The translations under genes were made by a program, and so were the position numbers. DNA of 64,000 bases, from positions 3,348,001-3,412,000 of the forward strand of contig OZ024764.1 of the NCBI GenBank assembly GCA_964016885.1. Direction: 5' to 3'. Positions within the stretch are counted from its first letter, which is position 1, and each line of letters opens with the position of its first letter. The notes beneath the pieces are model-generated. The model saw only the letters and a program-made list of their open reading frames with translations, did no database searches and was not told the origin of the DNA. Origin of the DNA: Eledone cirrhosa (lineage: Eukaryota). Below are positions 53,471 to 64,000 of the stretch, in pieces.

Positions 53471-53655
53471 TATATTACTCAAAATGTTAATAAATGAAAA
53501 ATATTCTTATAATCAAAATATATATTTTATTATACATATTTCAAAGGTACAATGGTGTTTAAGAAAACGTTCTTAAACACCATTTTACCTTTGAAATATA
53601 TATATATATTTTGATTATGAGAATATTTTTCATTTATTAACATTTTGAATAATAT
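53471..53655. mobile_element. Foldback cassette that folds back within the hammerhead region
   Basis: Centre aagaa-aacg-ttctt (53566-53569); the arm retains only 'cctttGAAAtatgtataataaaat' as in the 7065-7411 family; the extension contains gagtgctt. Confidence 0.75.
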
Positions 53656-53803
53656 TAAAAACTCCAGGAAAATCACGGTTGAGTGCTTCTAATCTATTGT
53701 AAAATTGTATTCGTTGAGTAATCAACAAACCATATTAATCTTTGGTTATATATATATAATCTTAATCGAGCCCTCTTTGGGTTTTAGTCTTCACATTTAT
53801 TAT

Positions 53804-53845
<42 letters not shown>

Positions 53846-54043
53846 AGGGAGTGTAATGTGCAGTTACTGTATGTTCACTTGATGCCTAATTTCCCATCTG
53901 TAACAAGGTGTAGAACTAAACAGAGTGTTAAAAATAGAGATATAGATATATAGTCTATCAAATTTCTTTCATCACACACCTGTGACATCATCAGTGGTCT
54001 TATTATGTTCCCTCTCATATTGTAATGAAAACATGGTGTAGAC

Positions 54044-54079
<36 letters not shown>

Positions 54080-54378
54080 ACATGTATATATGCGTGTGTG
54101 TGTGTGTGTGCTACATATAGCAAAGAAAGACAATTATAATTTTAATATTTTTACCCCATCCAGAAAATGTTAGACAAGAGTTGTTTCCCCTTCTAGAAAT
54201 AAATTAAAAAAATTAACAAAATAAAAAATAAGAGAAAATACGAAGTCTCGTCTCACGAGATTCTCAACGATATCTTCCAACTTGTTTGTTTTTAATTATT
54301 TGTTATTGTTTACTAACACAAGATTTTTTTGAAGAATCAATGCAACTATAAATGATGGCTTCTCTCTCTTTCTCTCTC

Positions 54379-54421
<43 letters not shown>

Positions 54422-54874
54422 TGCCCCCTCGTTATCGAGTATGGCCATTACATGATATACCATTAATAATTATTAATTAATTCTATCGTGCAATGCCTGT
54501 GCGTGAAGATATGTTTTAAAGTGAGGAAAGACTGTGCACTGAGCCAATCCCACTCTCTGAGAGACAGTAGCTATAACCTGAAAAGAAGAAAAGATCAACA
54601 TCATTGGTAACTACTGAGTCGCAGGTTTTATATCAGAGTTATCCCAGTTTCCTGAGTTACCTTCTCCTAGAAGAATGTCCTGAGAAAGGCTAGGGGTCCT
54701 TCACTCCCAGCGGTTTAACCGCGCCATCGGGTGTCCAGCCCGACTATTTCTATGTCCCCGTGCATATACATACACATGCACCCATGTATATACACATATA
54801 CATATACATACATATGTACATGTGTATATACATATTTACACACTTTTGGATGGCTGTCGACCCTTATAAGTTCT

Positions 54875-55042
54875 TCCATATATAGAAGTAGAGAACACTA
54901 TCAGGTGGCTAAGAGAGAAACTAGTAGACATGTGTTACTTGCAAGAAGGGAAGCAGAAGATAAAAAAATTTAAGCATGTTATGAAACATGAGGACCAGAA
55001 ACGTGAGGTGTTCAAGATCACAAGACAATGTGTCAAGGAAAA
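54875..55042 (+). mobile_element. RTE LINE fragment
   Basis: SREHYQVAKRETSRHV..HEDQKREVFKITRQCVKE, homologous to 2040-2212. Confidence 0.85.
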
Positions 55043-55045
55043 TAT

Positions 55046-55491
55046 ACTAGACCTGAAAAATGCGCAAGCTCAAAAGAGCCACAGAATGTTATAATAAACC
55101 TTCAAAAGTGTTGGACTAGCGTTGTTGCTCAAAAATATTGTAATCATTATCTATCGTACACTCTGTGGCATCCTTTAATAAAAAAGAGACTCATAACAAA
55201 CTCAAGACGACACGATAATTATTTAAGCTAGTGTTCAATATCTCATATTAGATGTGTTGTAATGATTAATACGAAATGCACTTAAACTGAATTCTATATT
55301 ATAAATTCTCTTAAATAATTATCGTGTCGTCTTGAGTTCGTTATGAGTCTCTTTTTTATAAAAGGATGCCACAGAGTGCACGATAGATAATGATTACAAT
55401 ATTTTTGAGCAACAACTCTAGTCCCACACTTTTGAAGGTTTATTATAACATTCTGTGGCTCTTTTGAGCTTGCACATTTTTCAGGTCTAGT
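55046..55491. mobile_element. MITE-like foldback element (about 181-bp inverted arms, about 84-bp spacer), no hammerhead seen
   Basis: actagacctgaaaaatg.. / ..catttttcaggtctagt; several mismatches between arms. Confidence 0.8.
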
Positions 55492-55811
55492 TTAATATTT
55501 TTTTAAGGCAACGCTTGTAATAACTCTAGTTAAACATGATATATATTAATAATACATTATCGTTGTAATGTAATTAGATTATATAATTGTTATTTTATAA
55601 ATGATCTTATAAATATTATTGTAAGATGTATAAAAATATTTTCAGACTTTTAATAGTTAATATAAATTTTTAAAATCATATATAAATTAACAATATAATT
55701 TACCAAAACGAGAAAAATATTTTGATGATAAACGACGAAATACTGGAGGAAGATTCGAAAGCGAAACGATAAATAAACGTGGAAACAAAGTGGCGGATGC
55801 TTTTGAGCAAC

Positions 55812-55932
55812 AATTAGCCAATAAGACGATACATTACAATGAAATTAGCCAATAAGATGATACATTACAATGAAATTAGCCAATAAGACGATACATTACA
55901 ATGAAATTAGCCAATAAGACGATACATTACAA
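55812..55932. repeat. 31-bp tandem repeat x4 containing CCAAT
   Basis: aattagccaataagacgatacattacaatga. Confidence 0.85.
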
Positions 55933-56292
55933 AAGATGTTTGGGAAGCATCACCACGGCCAGCGATACCCCTTGAAATTTTTATTCACAAGCTACGCATA
56001 TATGTCAGACACGCAGACTTAAAACATTCTGTTGTTAGTCACTGTGTGTCTAACAGATGGAGAGATAAAGCGAGAGAGAGGAAATGAGAAAGAGATATAG
56101 AGGAAGAATCAACCCCAGTATTTGGCTGGTACTTTTTTTATTGACCTCGAAAGGATGAGAGGCAAAGTTAACCTCTGCGGGATTTGAACTCAGACAGCCG
56201 GAATAAATACCACAAAGCATTCTATCCAACATACTAACGACTCTCCCAATCCACCGCCATCTTAATTTACAATAAAGAATTGTTTCTCCTAC

Positions 56293-56405
56293 CTCGGACC
56301 GACAGTCTCCTCCTGTACATGTTTATTGAGATGTAAGGTACGCTTAACGACCTCTGCAGTCTCAGGTGTTGTGTGTGTCAGGTGACATAACAACTGGTCT
56401 TCAGG
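56293..56405 (-). CDS. MTO1: MTO1 (mitochondrial tRNA modification enzyme, MnmG/GidA family) internal exon
   Basis: cag|[37 protein letters not shown](R)|gtagga; 113 bp; the phase 0 start fits the preceding exon. Confidence 0.9.
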
Positions 56406-56437
56406 CTGTAACAAGAGAGAGGGTTAATTAAGTCAGT

Positions 56438-58122
56438 AATTAGCTGAGGGAACGAGACAGTAGGTAATTAGCTGAGGTAACGAGACAGTAGTTAATTAGC
56501 TGAGGTAACGAGACAGTAGGTAATTAGCTGAGGTAACGAAACAGTAGGTAATTAGCTGAGGTAACGAGACAATAGATAATTAGCTGAGGTAACGAGACAG
56601 TAGGTAATTAGCTGAGGTAACGAGACAGTAGGTAATTAGCTGAGGTAACGAGACAGTAGACAATTAGCTGAGGTAACGAGACAGTAGACAATTAGCTGAG
56701 GTAATGAGACAGTAGTTAATTAGCTGAGGTAACGAGACAGTAGTTAATTAGCTGAGGTAATGAGACAGTAGGTAATTAGATGAGGTAACGAGACAATAGA
56801 CAATTAGCTGAGGTAATGAGACAGTAGGTAATTAGATGAGGTAATGAGACAGTAGACAATTAGCTGAGGTAATGAGACAATAGGTAATTAACTGAGGTAA
56901 CGAGACAGTAGGTAATTAGCTGAGGTAACGAGACAGTAGGTAATTAGCTGAGGTAACGAGACAGTAGGTAATTAGCTGAGGTAACGAGACAGTAGGTAAT
57001 TAGCTGAGGTAACGAGACAGTAAGTGATTAGCTGAGGTAACGAGACAGTAGGTAATTAGCTGAGGTAACGAGACAGTAGGTAATTAGCTGAGGTAACAAG
57101 ACAGTAGGTAATTAGCTGAGGTAACGAGACAGTAAGTGATTAGCTGAGGTAACGAGACAGTAGGTAATTAGCTGAGGTAACGAGACAGTAGGTAATTAGC
57201 TGAGGTAACGAGACAGTAGGTAATTAGCTGAGGTAACGAGACAGTAAGTGATTAGCTGAGGTAACGAGACAGTAGGTAATTAGCTGAGGTAACGAGACAG
57301 TAGGTAATTAGCTGAGGTAACGAGACAGTAGACAATTAGCTGAGGTAATGAAACAGTAGACAATTAGCTGAGGTAATGAGACAGTAGGTAATTAGCTGAG
57401 GTAACGAGACAGTAGGTAATTAGCTGAGGTAACGAGACAGTAGACAATTAGCTGAGGTAATGAAACAGTAGACAATTAGCTGAGGTAATGAGACAGTAGA
57501 TAATTAGCTGAGGTAATGAGACAGTAGGTAATTAGCTGAGGTAACGAGACAGTAAGTGATTAGCTGAGGTAACGAGACAGTAGGTAATTAGCTGAGGTAA
57601 CGAGACAGTAGGTAATTAGCTGAGGTAACGAGACAGTAGGTAATTAGCTGAGGTAACGAGACAGTAAGTGATTAGCTGAGGTAACGAGACAGTAGGTAAT
57701 TAGCTGAGGTAACGAGACAGTAGGTAATTAGCTGAGGTAACGAGACAGTAGACAATTAGCTGAGGTAATGAAACAGTAGACAATTAGCTGAGGTAATGAG
57801 ACAGTAGATAATTAGCTGAGGTAATGAGACAGTAGGTAATTAGCTGAGGTAACGAGACAGTAGGTAATTAGCTGAGGTAACGAGACAGTAGACAATTAGC
57901 TGAGGTAACGATACAGTAGATAATTAGCTGAGGTAATGAAACAGTAGACAATTAGCTGAGGTAATGAGACAGTAGATAATTAGCTGAGGTAATGAGACAG
58001 TAGATAATTAGCTGAGGTAATGATACAGTAGATAATTAGCTGAGGTAATGAGACAGTAGATAATTAGCTGAGGTAACGAAACAGTAGGTAATTAGCTGAG
58101 GTAACGAGACAGTAGATAATTA
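56438..58122. repeat. 28-bp minisatellite, about 60 copies
   Basis: Unit aattagctgaggtaacgagacagtaggt. Confidence 0.95.
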
Positions 58123-58214
58123 ACCCAGAAACCACCCCTAGTTCTATGATACCAAAACTTTGTTTTAATGTGTTAATATTTATCTAAAAACCTTATGTTT
58201 TTGAGAGGTGCAAT

Positions 58215-58315
58215 TGGGCAAGGAACTCATCCCGGGTCTTCTTGGGTCTCCCCACTCCATGGCTTCCATCAACTTTTAGTGCTCTGCACCTTTTTATGCA
58301 GCTGTCATCCTTCAT
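58215..58315 (-). mobile_element. RTE LINE C-terminal fragment
   Basis: Minus strand MKDDSCIKRCRALKVDGSHGVGRPKKTRDEF. Confidence 0.8.
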
Positions 58316-58884
58316 CATCATCGTTTAACGTCCATCATCCATGCTAGCATGGGTTAGACGGGAGTTGTCCCACTTGAGGCAAGGTTGGTCGGGTGACAGT
58401 GTCTCGCTCATATAGGACTATCTGGCAGGTTTTCTACGGCTCCTACATCATCATCATCGTCATTTTACGTCCGCCTTTCCCTGCTTGCAAGGGTGGGACG
58501 GGAACTGATTCTGGCTTGATTTCTACAGCTGGATGCCCTTCCTAACACCAACCTCATTTACAGTGAGTGCTGGGTGCTTTTTTTTCCATGGCGCCTACAT
58601 GTCCCCTTTACAGTGAGTGCTGGGTGCTTTTTTGCCGTGGCACCTCCACGACCACTTTACAGTGAGTGCTGGGTGCTTTTTTGCCGTGGCACCTCCACGA
58701 CCACTTTGCAGTGGAATGATATGGACCCCAGTCCCTATCATCTCATTTCTACAGCTGAGTAAACTGGAGCAATGTGAAATAAAGTGTCTTGCTCAAGGAA
58801 ACAACACATCACCCGGTCTGAGAATTGAACTCACAACCTTTCGATTGCCAGGCCAATGCACTAACCACTAAGCCATGTGCCTCC
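58313..58884 (-). mobile_element. Family A SINE tail (58313-58441) abutting a full family B SINE with about three 49-bp units (58446-58884)
   Basis: Colinear with 17011-17140 and 11833-14040. Confidence 0.85.
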
Positions 58885-58992
58885 ATATATATATATTGAT
58901 CAAGCTATCTGTCTATCTACATGTCCATCAGTCTCTACCCCTGTTTGTCTATCTACCTGTCAGTCAGTCAGTCTGTCTATATATCTGTCTAT

Positions 58993-59601
58993 ACACTGCC
59001 CGGGCGTCACCGACCTGTGGGGCTATGTAGAACGACTATTGTCGCGGGTGGGACCAATCCAGTTGACCACCGAGTCCATTGTCATGATCAAACCGCCACC
59101 CTCCTTCAAAAACGAAGGAGAGGCGGTTTTCCTCTGTGTGATAGCTATGGTGAACGAGGTTAAAAGGGTTGAGGTCAGACACCTTTCTCTCCGGACAACA
59201 ACTGATCCTTTTTTTTCAAATACCATTTTGGAAGAAGAATCAGGATGGAGAGAGAGGTGCTGTACCCCAGGATGGAGAGAGAGGTGCTGTACCCCAGCAA
59301 GTTTTATGAAAGGTGGGTGAAAGTGGCGAGAATGGCCCCAGTGAATGGGCCTTCTCTCCATATCAGCCTGTAGGTTGAGGAAAAAAAGGAGGAGAGGAAG
59401 GGAGTACAAACTCTTCGTACTCCTGGAGATGAGGGTTGCACATTTTTTTTTCGGGGGGTATGTGTTACCCATATGTAATGTCTCCCCCTATTGGGGAAAA
59501 TCGACTAATTTTTAAATTACATTTGTGGTAACATTTTACACGTTTTTATTGTATGTAAACTTTCCCCTTTGTATTTGTGCCCCTGTGGCTAATAAAGAAA
59601 C
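58993..59601 (+). mobile_element. Decayed 3' end of an L1/Tx1-clade LINE (copy 1)
   Basis: HCPGVTDLWGYVERLLSRVGPI..; 3' UTR ends AATAAAGAAA followed by (TCTA)n. Confidence 0.75.
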
Positions 59602-59634
59602 ATATCTATCTACCTATCTATCTATCTATCTGTC

Positions 59635-60339
59635 TGGGTAGGGACCCATCGAAAAAGATCTGTCCCAGATGCGTGTGCGACGAGGAAACCGTTGCACACG
59701 CATTGGTACACTGCTCGGGCATAGCCGATCTGTGGGGCTATGTCGAACAACTGCTGTCAAGGGTGGGACCGATCCGGTTGACCACCGAGTCTATTGTAAT
59801 GATCAAGCCGCCTCCCCTCTTCAAAAATGAAGGAGAGGCGGTGTTTCTGTGCGTAATAGCCATGGTGAAAGAGGTTGCATGGTGGACGCGTCTGAAAGGA
59901 CTGAGGTCAGACACCTTTCTCTCTGGCCAACAACTGGTCCGTTTCTTCCGATATCATTTCGGAAGAAGGATCAGGATGGAGAGAGAGGTGCTGCACCCCA
60001 GCCGTTTCTATGAAAGATGGGTGAAAGTGGCGAGAATGGCCCGTGTGAATGGGCCTTCACTCTACATCAGACTATAGGTGAGGAAGATGAAAGACCAAGG
60101 GAGCACCCCTTCTCTGTGCTCCTGAGGAGAAGGGTTGCATACTTTTTTCGGGGGTGTGTGCGACCCCCCAAGGCGCCTCCTCTCTATTGAGGACTTTGTT
60201 ATAAATTTTATTTTTTGTTATATTTTATTTTATTTTTATATATTGTTATTGCCTCCTCCTTATTGAGGACGCCTTGTTTTGTAAACTCCCCCATTGTACT
60301 TGTCCCACTTTTGGTGCCCTGGTGGCAAATAAAAGAAAC
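59635..60339 (+). mobile_element. 3' end of an L1/Tx1-clade LINE (copy 2) with a zf-RVT CCHC motif
   Basis: CPRCVCDEETVAHALVHC..LW..F..RW; 3' UTR ends AATAAAAGAAA followed by (TCTA)n. Confidence 0.8.
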
Positions 60340-60350
60340 ATATCTATCTA

Positions 60351-60382
<32 letters not shown>

Positions 60383-61035
60383 TCTACCTATCTATCTATC
60401 TATCTATCTGTCTAGTTTTTCATACATATTTACCTAGACTGCGATTATCTGTTTCTCTCTTTCACTCTTACTGCTCCCCCGTTCTCTCTGTTTCTCTTAC
60501 CTTCTTTCGCCCCCTCTGTCAGTTACACTTTCTCTCGACAGACCTCTTCCTCGCACTTCCACTCACTCACTCTCTGTTTCTCCCCTTCTCACTTCCTCCC
60601 GTTCGTTAGTAGTGGGGTTCCTTCTTTCTCACACCGCACTCACGGCGTACGGTCTGTTTTTCTGACCGCTCATGAAATTCACCCAGCTTATGCTGACCGG
60701 ATAACCATCATGTTGCTTGCTGTTTTCCTACCTTCGGTTTGCTTTTCCTTCTATGTTGTTTACTTGTCTCACTCGCTTTACGCGATTCACTGGTCCCAAT
60801 AGCTTATTTTAGTTATTGCTCGCACCAACCTGAGGTATCTGATTTTTAATGCGATGAAATACCAATGATGGTTGGCAAATCACTGATGAGGGACTAATTT
60901 TATAATATGTATTCCATGTGCAACCTCGCAGTATTCCTCTTCCCTTGTTTTTCATATCTATCTGTCTATCTGTCCATCAGTCCGTCTGTCTGTGTGTCGG
61001 TGTACCATCTCGACCAGTAATGATGTCATACCAAC

Positions 61036-61148
61036 CTTTATCCAAACTTTGTCATTCAGGAAAGAGAATGGCGTGGGTGGATTGTCCCCTGCCTGAGGAA
61101 TGGTGTTGGCGTAGTCAATGGTACGACCATCCAGACGTGGTGGCGTCC
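61036..61148 (-). CDS. MTO1: MTO1 internal exon
   Basis: ttttcag|(G)TPPRLDGRTIDYANTIPQAGDNPPTPFSFLNDKVWIK|gttggt; 113 bp; GTPPR and PFSF are GidA/MTO1 signatures. Confidence 0.92.
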
Positions 61149-61182
61149 CTGAAAACATAGATACCATTGCATTATAAATATA

Positions 61183-62287
61183 TGGTGGTGGTGGTGGTGG
61201 TGATAGTGGTGTAGGTGATAGTGGTGGTGGTGGTGATAGTGGCGATAGTGGTGGTGGTGGTGGTGGTGGTGTAGTGGTGGTGGTGGTGGTGGTGGTGGTG
61301 TAGTGGTGGTGGTGATAGTGGTGGTGGTGGTGGTGGTGATAGTGGTGGTGGTGGTGGTGGTGGTGATAGTGGTAGTGGTGGTGGTGGTGTAGTGGTGGTG
61401 GTGGTGGTGATAGTGGTGGTGATAGTGGTGGTGGTGGTGATGGTGATAGTGGTGGTGGTGGCGATAGTGGTGGTGGTGGTGGTGGTGGTGGTGATAGTGG
61501 TGGTGGTGGTGTAGTGGTGGTAGTGGTGGCGATAGTGGTGGCGGTGGTGATAGTGGTGGTGTAGTGGTGGTGGTGATGTAGTGGTGGTGGAGGCGATGGT
61601 GGTGGTGGTGGTGGTGATAGTGGTGGTGGTGGTGGTGGTGTAGTGGTGGTGGTGGTGTAGTGGTGGTAGTGGTGGCGATAGTGGTGGTGGTGGTGGCGGT
61701 GGTGATAGTGGTGGTGATAGTGGTGGTGTAGTGGTGGTGGTGATGTAGTGGTGGTGGAGGCGATGGTGGTGGTGGTGGTGGTGATAGTGGTGGTGGTGGT
61801 GGTGGTGTAGTGGTGGTGGTGGTGATAGTGGTGGTGATAGTGGTGATAGTGGTGGTGGTGGTGATGGTGATAGTGGTGGTGGTGGCGATAGTGGTGGTGG
61901 TGGTGGTGGTGGTGGTGGTGATAGTGGTGGTGGTGGTGTAGTGGTGGTAGTGGTGGCGATAGTGGTGGTGGTGGTGATAGTGGTGGTGATAGTGGTGGTG
62001 GTGGTGGTGGCAGTGGTGTGGTGGTGGTGGTGATAGTGGTGGTGGTGGTGTAGTGGTGATAGTGGTGGTGGTGGTGTAGGTGATAGTGGTAGTGGTGGTG
62101 GTGGTGTAGTGGAGGTGGTCGTAGTGTAGTGGTGGTGGTGTAGTAGTGGTGGTGTAATGGTTGTGGTGGTAGTGGTGTAGTGGTGGTAGTGGTGTAATAG
62201 TGGTGGTGTAGTGGTGGTGTGGTGGTAGCGGTGGTGGTGTAGTGGTGGTGGTGGTAATGGTGGTAGTGGTGGTGGTGTGGTGGTGAT
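61183..62287. repeat. (GGT)n-rich trinucleotide repeat, about 1.1 kb
   Basis: Direct reading. Confidence 0.95.
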
Positions 62288-62304
62288 GAAACCAGTGAAA
62301 GGCA

Positions 62305-62510
62305 CTGCCCCAGCGTGGCCACAGTAAAAGAAGGCAGTGCCCCAGCATGGCCACAGTCTAATGACTGAAGCCAGTAAAAGAAGGGAGTGCCCCAGCATGG
62401 CCACAGTAATAGAAAGCAGTGCCCCAGCATGGCCACAGTAATAGAAAGCAGTGCCCCAGTATGGCCACAGTAAAAAAAAAAAAAGGTAGTGCCCCAGCAT
62501 GGCCACAGTC
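62305..62510. repeat. Tandem repeat of about 32-40 bp (6 copies)
   Basis: tgccccagcatggccacagt core. Confidence 0.8.
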
Positions 62511-62710
62511 TGATGAATGAAACTGACCAAGTTTAGACAATTAGAGGGATCTCCACCAGTTTCTATGATGAGTCTGTCAGTTGTTCCACCAATGGAGCAG
62601 ACAAAATCAACATATAAGTGGCTGAGCATTCCACAGACACGTGTACCTCTAAGACAGTTCTCAGGGAGATTCAGTGTGTCAACTCTGGCCCCTTGAATTA
62701 CAGAAACAAT

Positions 62711-63490
62711 CAAACCTGTGGTCTTACCACGTAGTTTCTGTCTAACAATGTGACAGCTGTGGCTATGGTAAATGACACAGGTCCCAGACATCAGACAGAA
62801 AGGGGTCAAACCTGTGCCCTAATCATTGCTAACTGAAACCCCTTAACCATCCAGCCACACTGTATCAAACTTGTGGTCTTACCACGTAGTTTCTGTCTAA
62901 CAATGTGACAGCTGTGGCTATGGTAAATGACACTGGTCCCAGACATCAGACAGAAAGGGGTCAAACCTGTGCCCTAATCATTGCTAACTGAAACCCCTTA
63001 ACCATCCAGCCACACTGTATCAAACTTGTGGTCTTACCACGTAGTTTCTGTCTAACAATGTGACAGCTGTGGCTATGGTAAATGACACTGGTCCCAGACA
63101 TCAGACAGAAAGGGGTCAAACCTGTGCCCTAATCATTGCTAACTGAAACCCCTTAACCATCCAGCCACACTGTATCAAACTTGTGGTCTTACCACGTAGT
63201 TTCTGTCTAACAATGTGACAGCTGTGGCTATGGTAAATGACACTGGTCCCAGACATCAGACAGAAAGGGGTCAAACCTGTGCCCTAATCATTGCTAACTG
63301 AAACCCCTTAACCACCCAGCCACATTGTATCAAACTTGTGGTCTTACCACGTAGTTTCTGTCTAACAATGTGACAGCTGTGGCTATGGTAAATGACACTG
63401 GTCCCAGACATCAGACAGAAAGGGGTCAAACCTGTGCCCTAATCATTGCTAACTGAAACCCCTTAACCATCCAGCCACACTGTATCAAAC
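62711..63490. repeat. 155-bp tandem repeat, 5 copies
   Basis: Unit starts at 62711, 62866, 63021, 63176 and 63331. Confidence 0.95.
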
Positions 63491-63523
63491 CCATAACAAA
63501 TTAGTTAAGTTGCAATAATTTAC

Positions 63524-63700
63524 CTGTTTTTAAGCGGCCCATCTTAAATCCAGCGTTTTGAAGGGAGCAAGCAAGCCCTATAGAAGGTTGGTCTCCAAGT
63601 CTTCCTGCAGGGCTTGAACTCAACCCCACAGTGATGCAGCCCCGTAAGAAAGTTCCCGTTGTCAAGACAACAGTCTTTCCTAAAATCTTCCGGCCATTCT
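63524..63700 (-). CDS. MTO1: MTO1 internal exon
   Basis: tttgtag|(E)[58 protein letters not shown](G)|gtaaat; 177 bp; TTGTFL, GR.G and RLKTG are GidA motifs; phase joins the next exon as G|GG. Confidence 0.95.
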
Positions 63701-63821
63701 CTACAAAGTCAGACATTAGATAAGAAATAGTTTGTTTTAAATCACATTGTGTATATATATATGTGTGTTATCATCATCATCATCAACATCTTCGTTTAAC
63801 GTCCATCTTCCACACTATATA

Positions 63822-63852
<31 letters not shown>

Positions 63853-64000
63853 GGCCGAAACAAATGAGATCGTGTAGGTGTCACGACAAAAAAAACACAC
63901 AGTCCACGCTGTAATGTGGCCGTGTAGGCAACACGGTAAAAACCTCCCAGCCCCACACTGTAAATGTGGTTGGTGTTAGGAAGGGCATCCAGCCGTAGAA
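63853..64000 (+). mobile_element. SINE-like family A, truncated by the window end
   Basis: ggccgaaacaaatgag..gtgtaggtgtcacgacaaaa..ggttggtgttaggaagggcatccagc. Confidence 0.85.

Noticed and set aside
55046-55491. Membership in the hammerhead foldback class
   Set aside because: No CUGANGA/UUGANAA..GAAA..NUH arrangement found, arms are equal in length and it is not embedded in (TA)n; better explained as a MITE
55812-55932. CCAAT-box promoter cluster
   Set aside because: Simple 31-bp tandem duplication with no adjacent gene start
60825-60925. Additional hammerhead around 'cactgatgagggac'
   Set aside because: The core is present but no properly placed GAAA, stem III or stem I partner could be found; at best a decayed PLE end
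60958-62809. Extensin-like Pro/His/Thr ORFs of 432-545 aa
   Set aside because: (GGT)n intronic repeat; only 61036-61148 is a true MTO1 exon

Overview
Repeat-dominated, AT-rich animal genomic DNA. The (TA)n/(CA)n/(CAT)n landscape, RTE-type LINEs and tRNA-derived SINEs suggest a coleoid cephalopod such as an octopus (inference). Host genes: three minus-strand coding exons of MTO1/MnmG(GidA) at 63524-63700, 61036-61148 and 56293-56405, and an intronless class A GPCR (SREB/GPR85-like) at 48122-49606 on the plus strand, apparently nested antisense in a very large MTO1 intron. About 24 kb (17194-41419) is a 47-bp satellite grown inside one SINE copy, with higher-order structure. Sister arrays arise from the homologous SINE segment (49-mer) and from LINE coding sequence (80-mer). 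The most striking hidden signal is a set of short foldback (inverted-repeat) cassettes lodged in (TA)n tracts. Their arms carry outward-facing minimal type I hammerhead ribozymes with palindromic stem III, as known from Penelope-like retroelements. There are at least eight ribozyme-bearing loci from several unrelated sequence families, including U3-A8 core covariants and greatly extended stem II variants. Nearly all other ORFs in the track are artefacts of microsatellites or satellites. All structures were read by eye and need computational confirmation.
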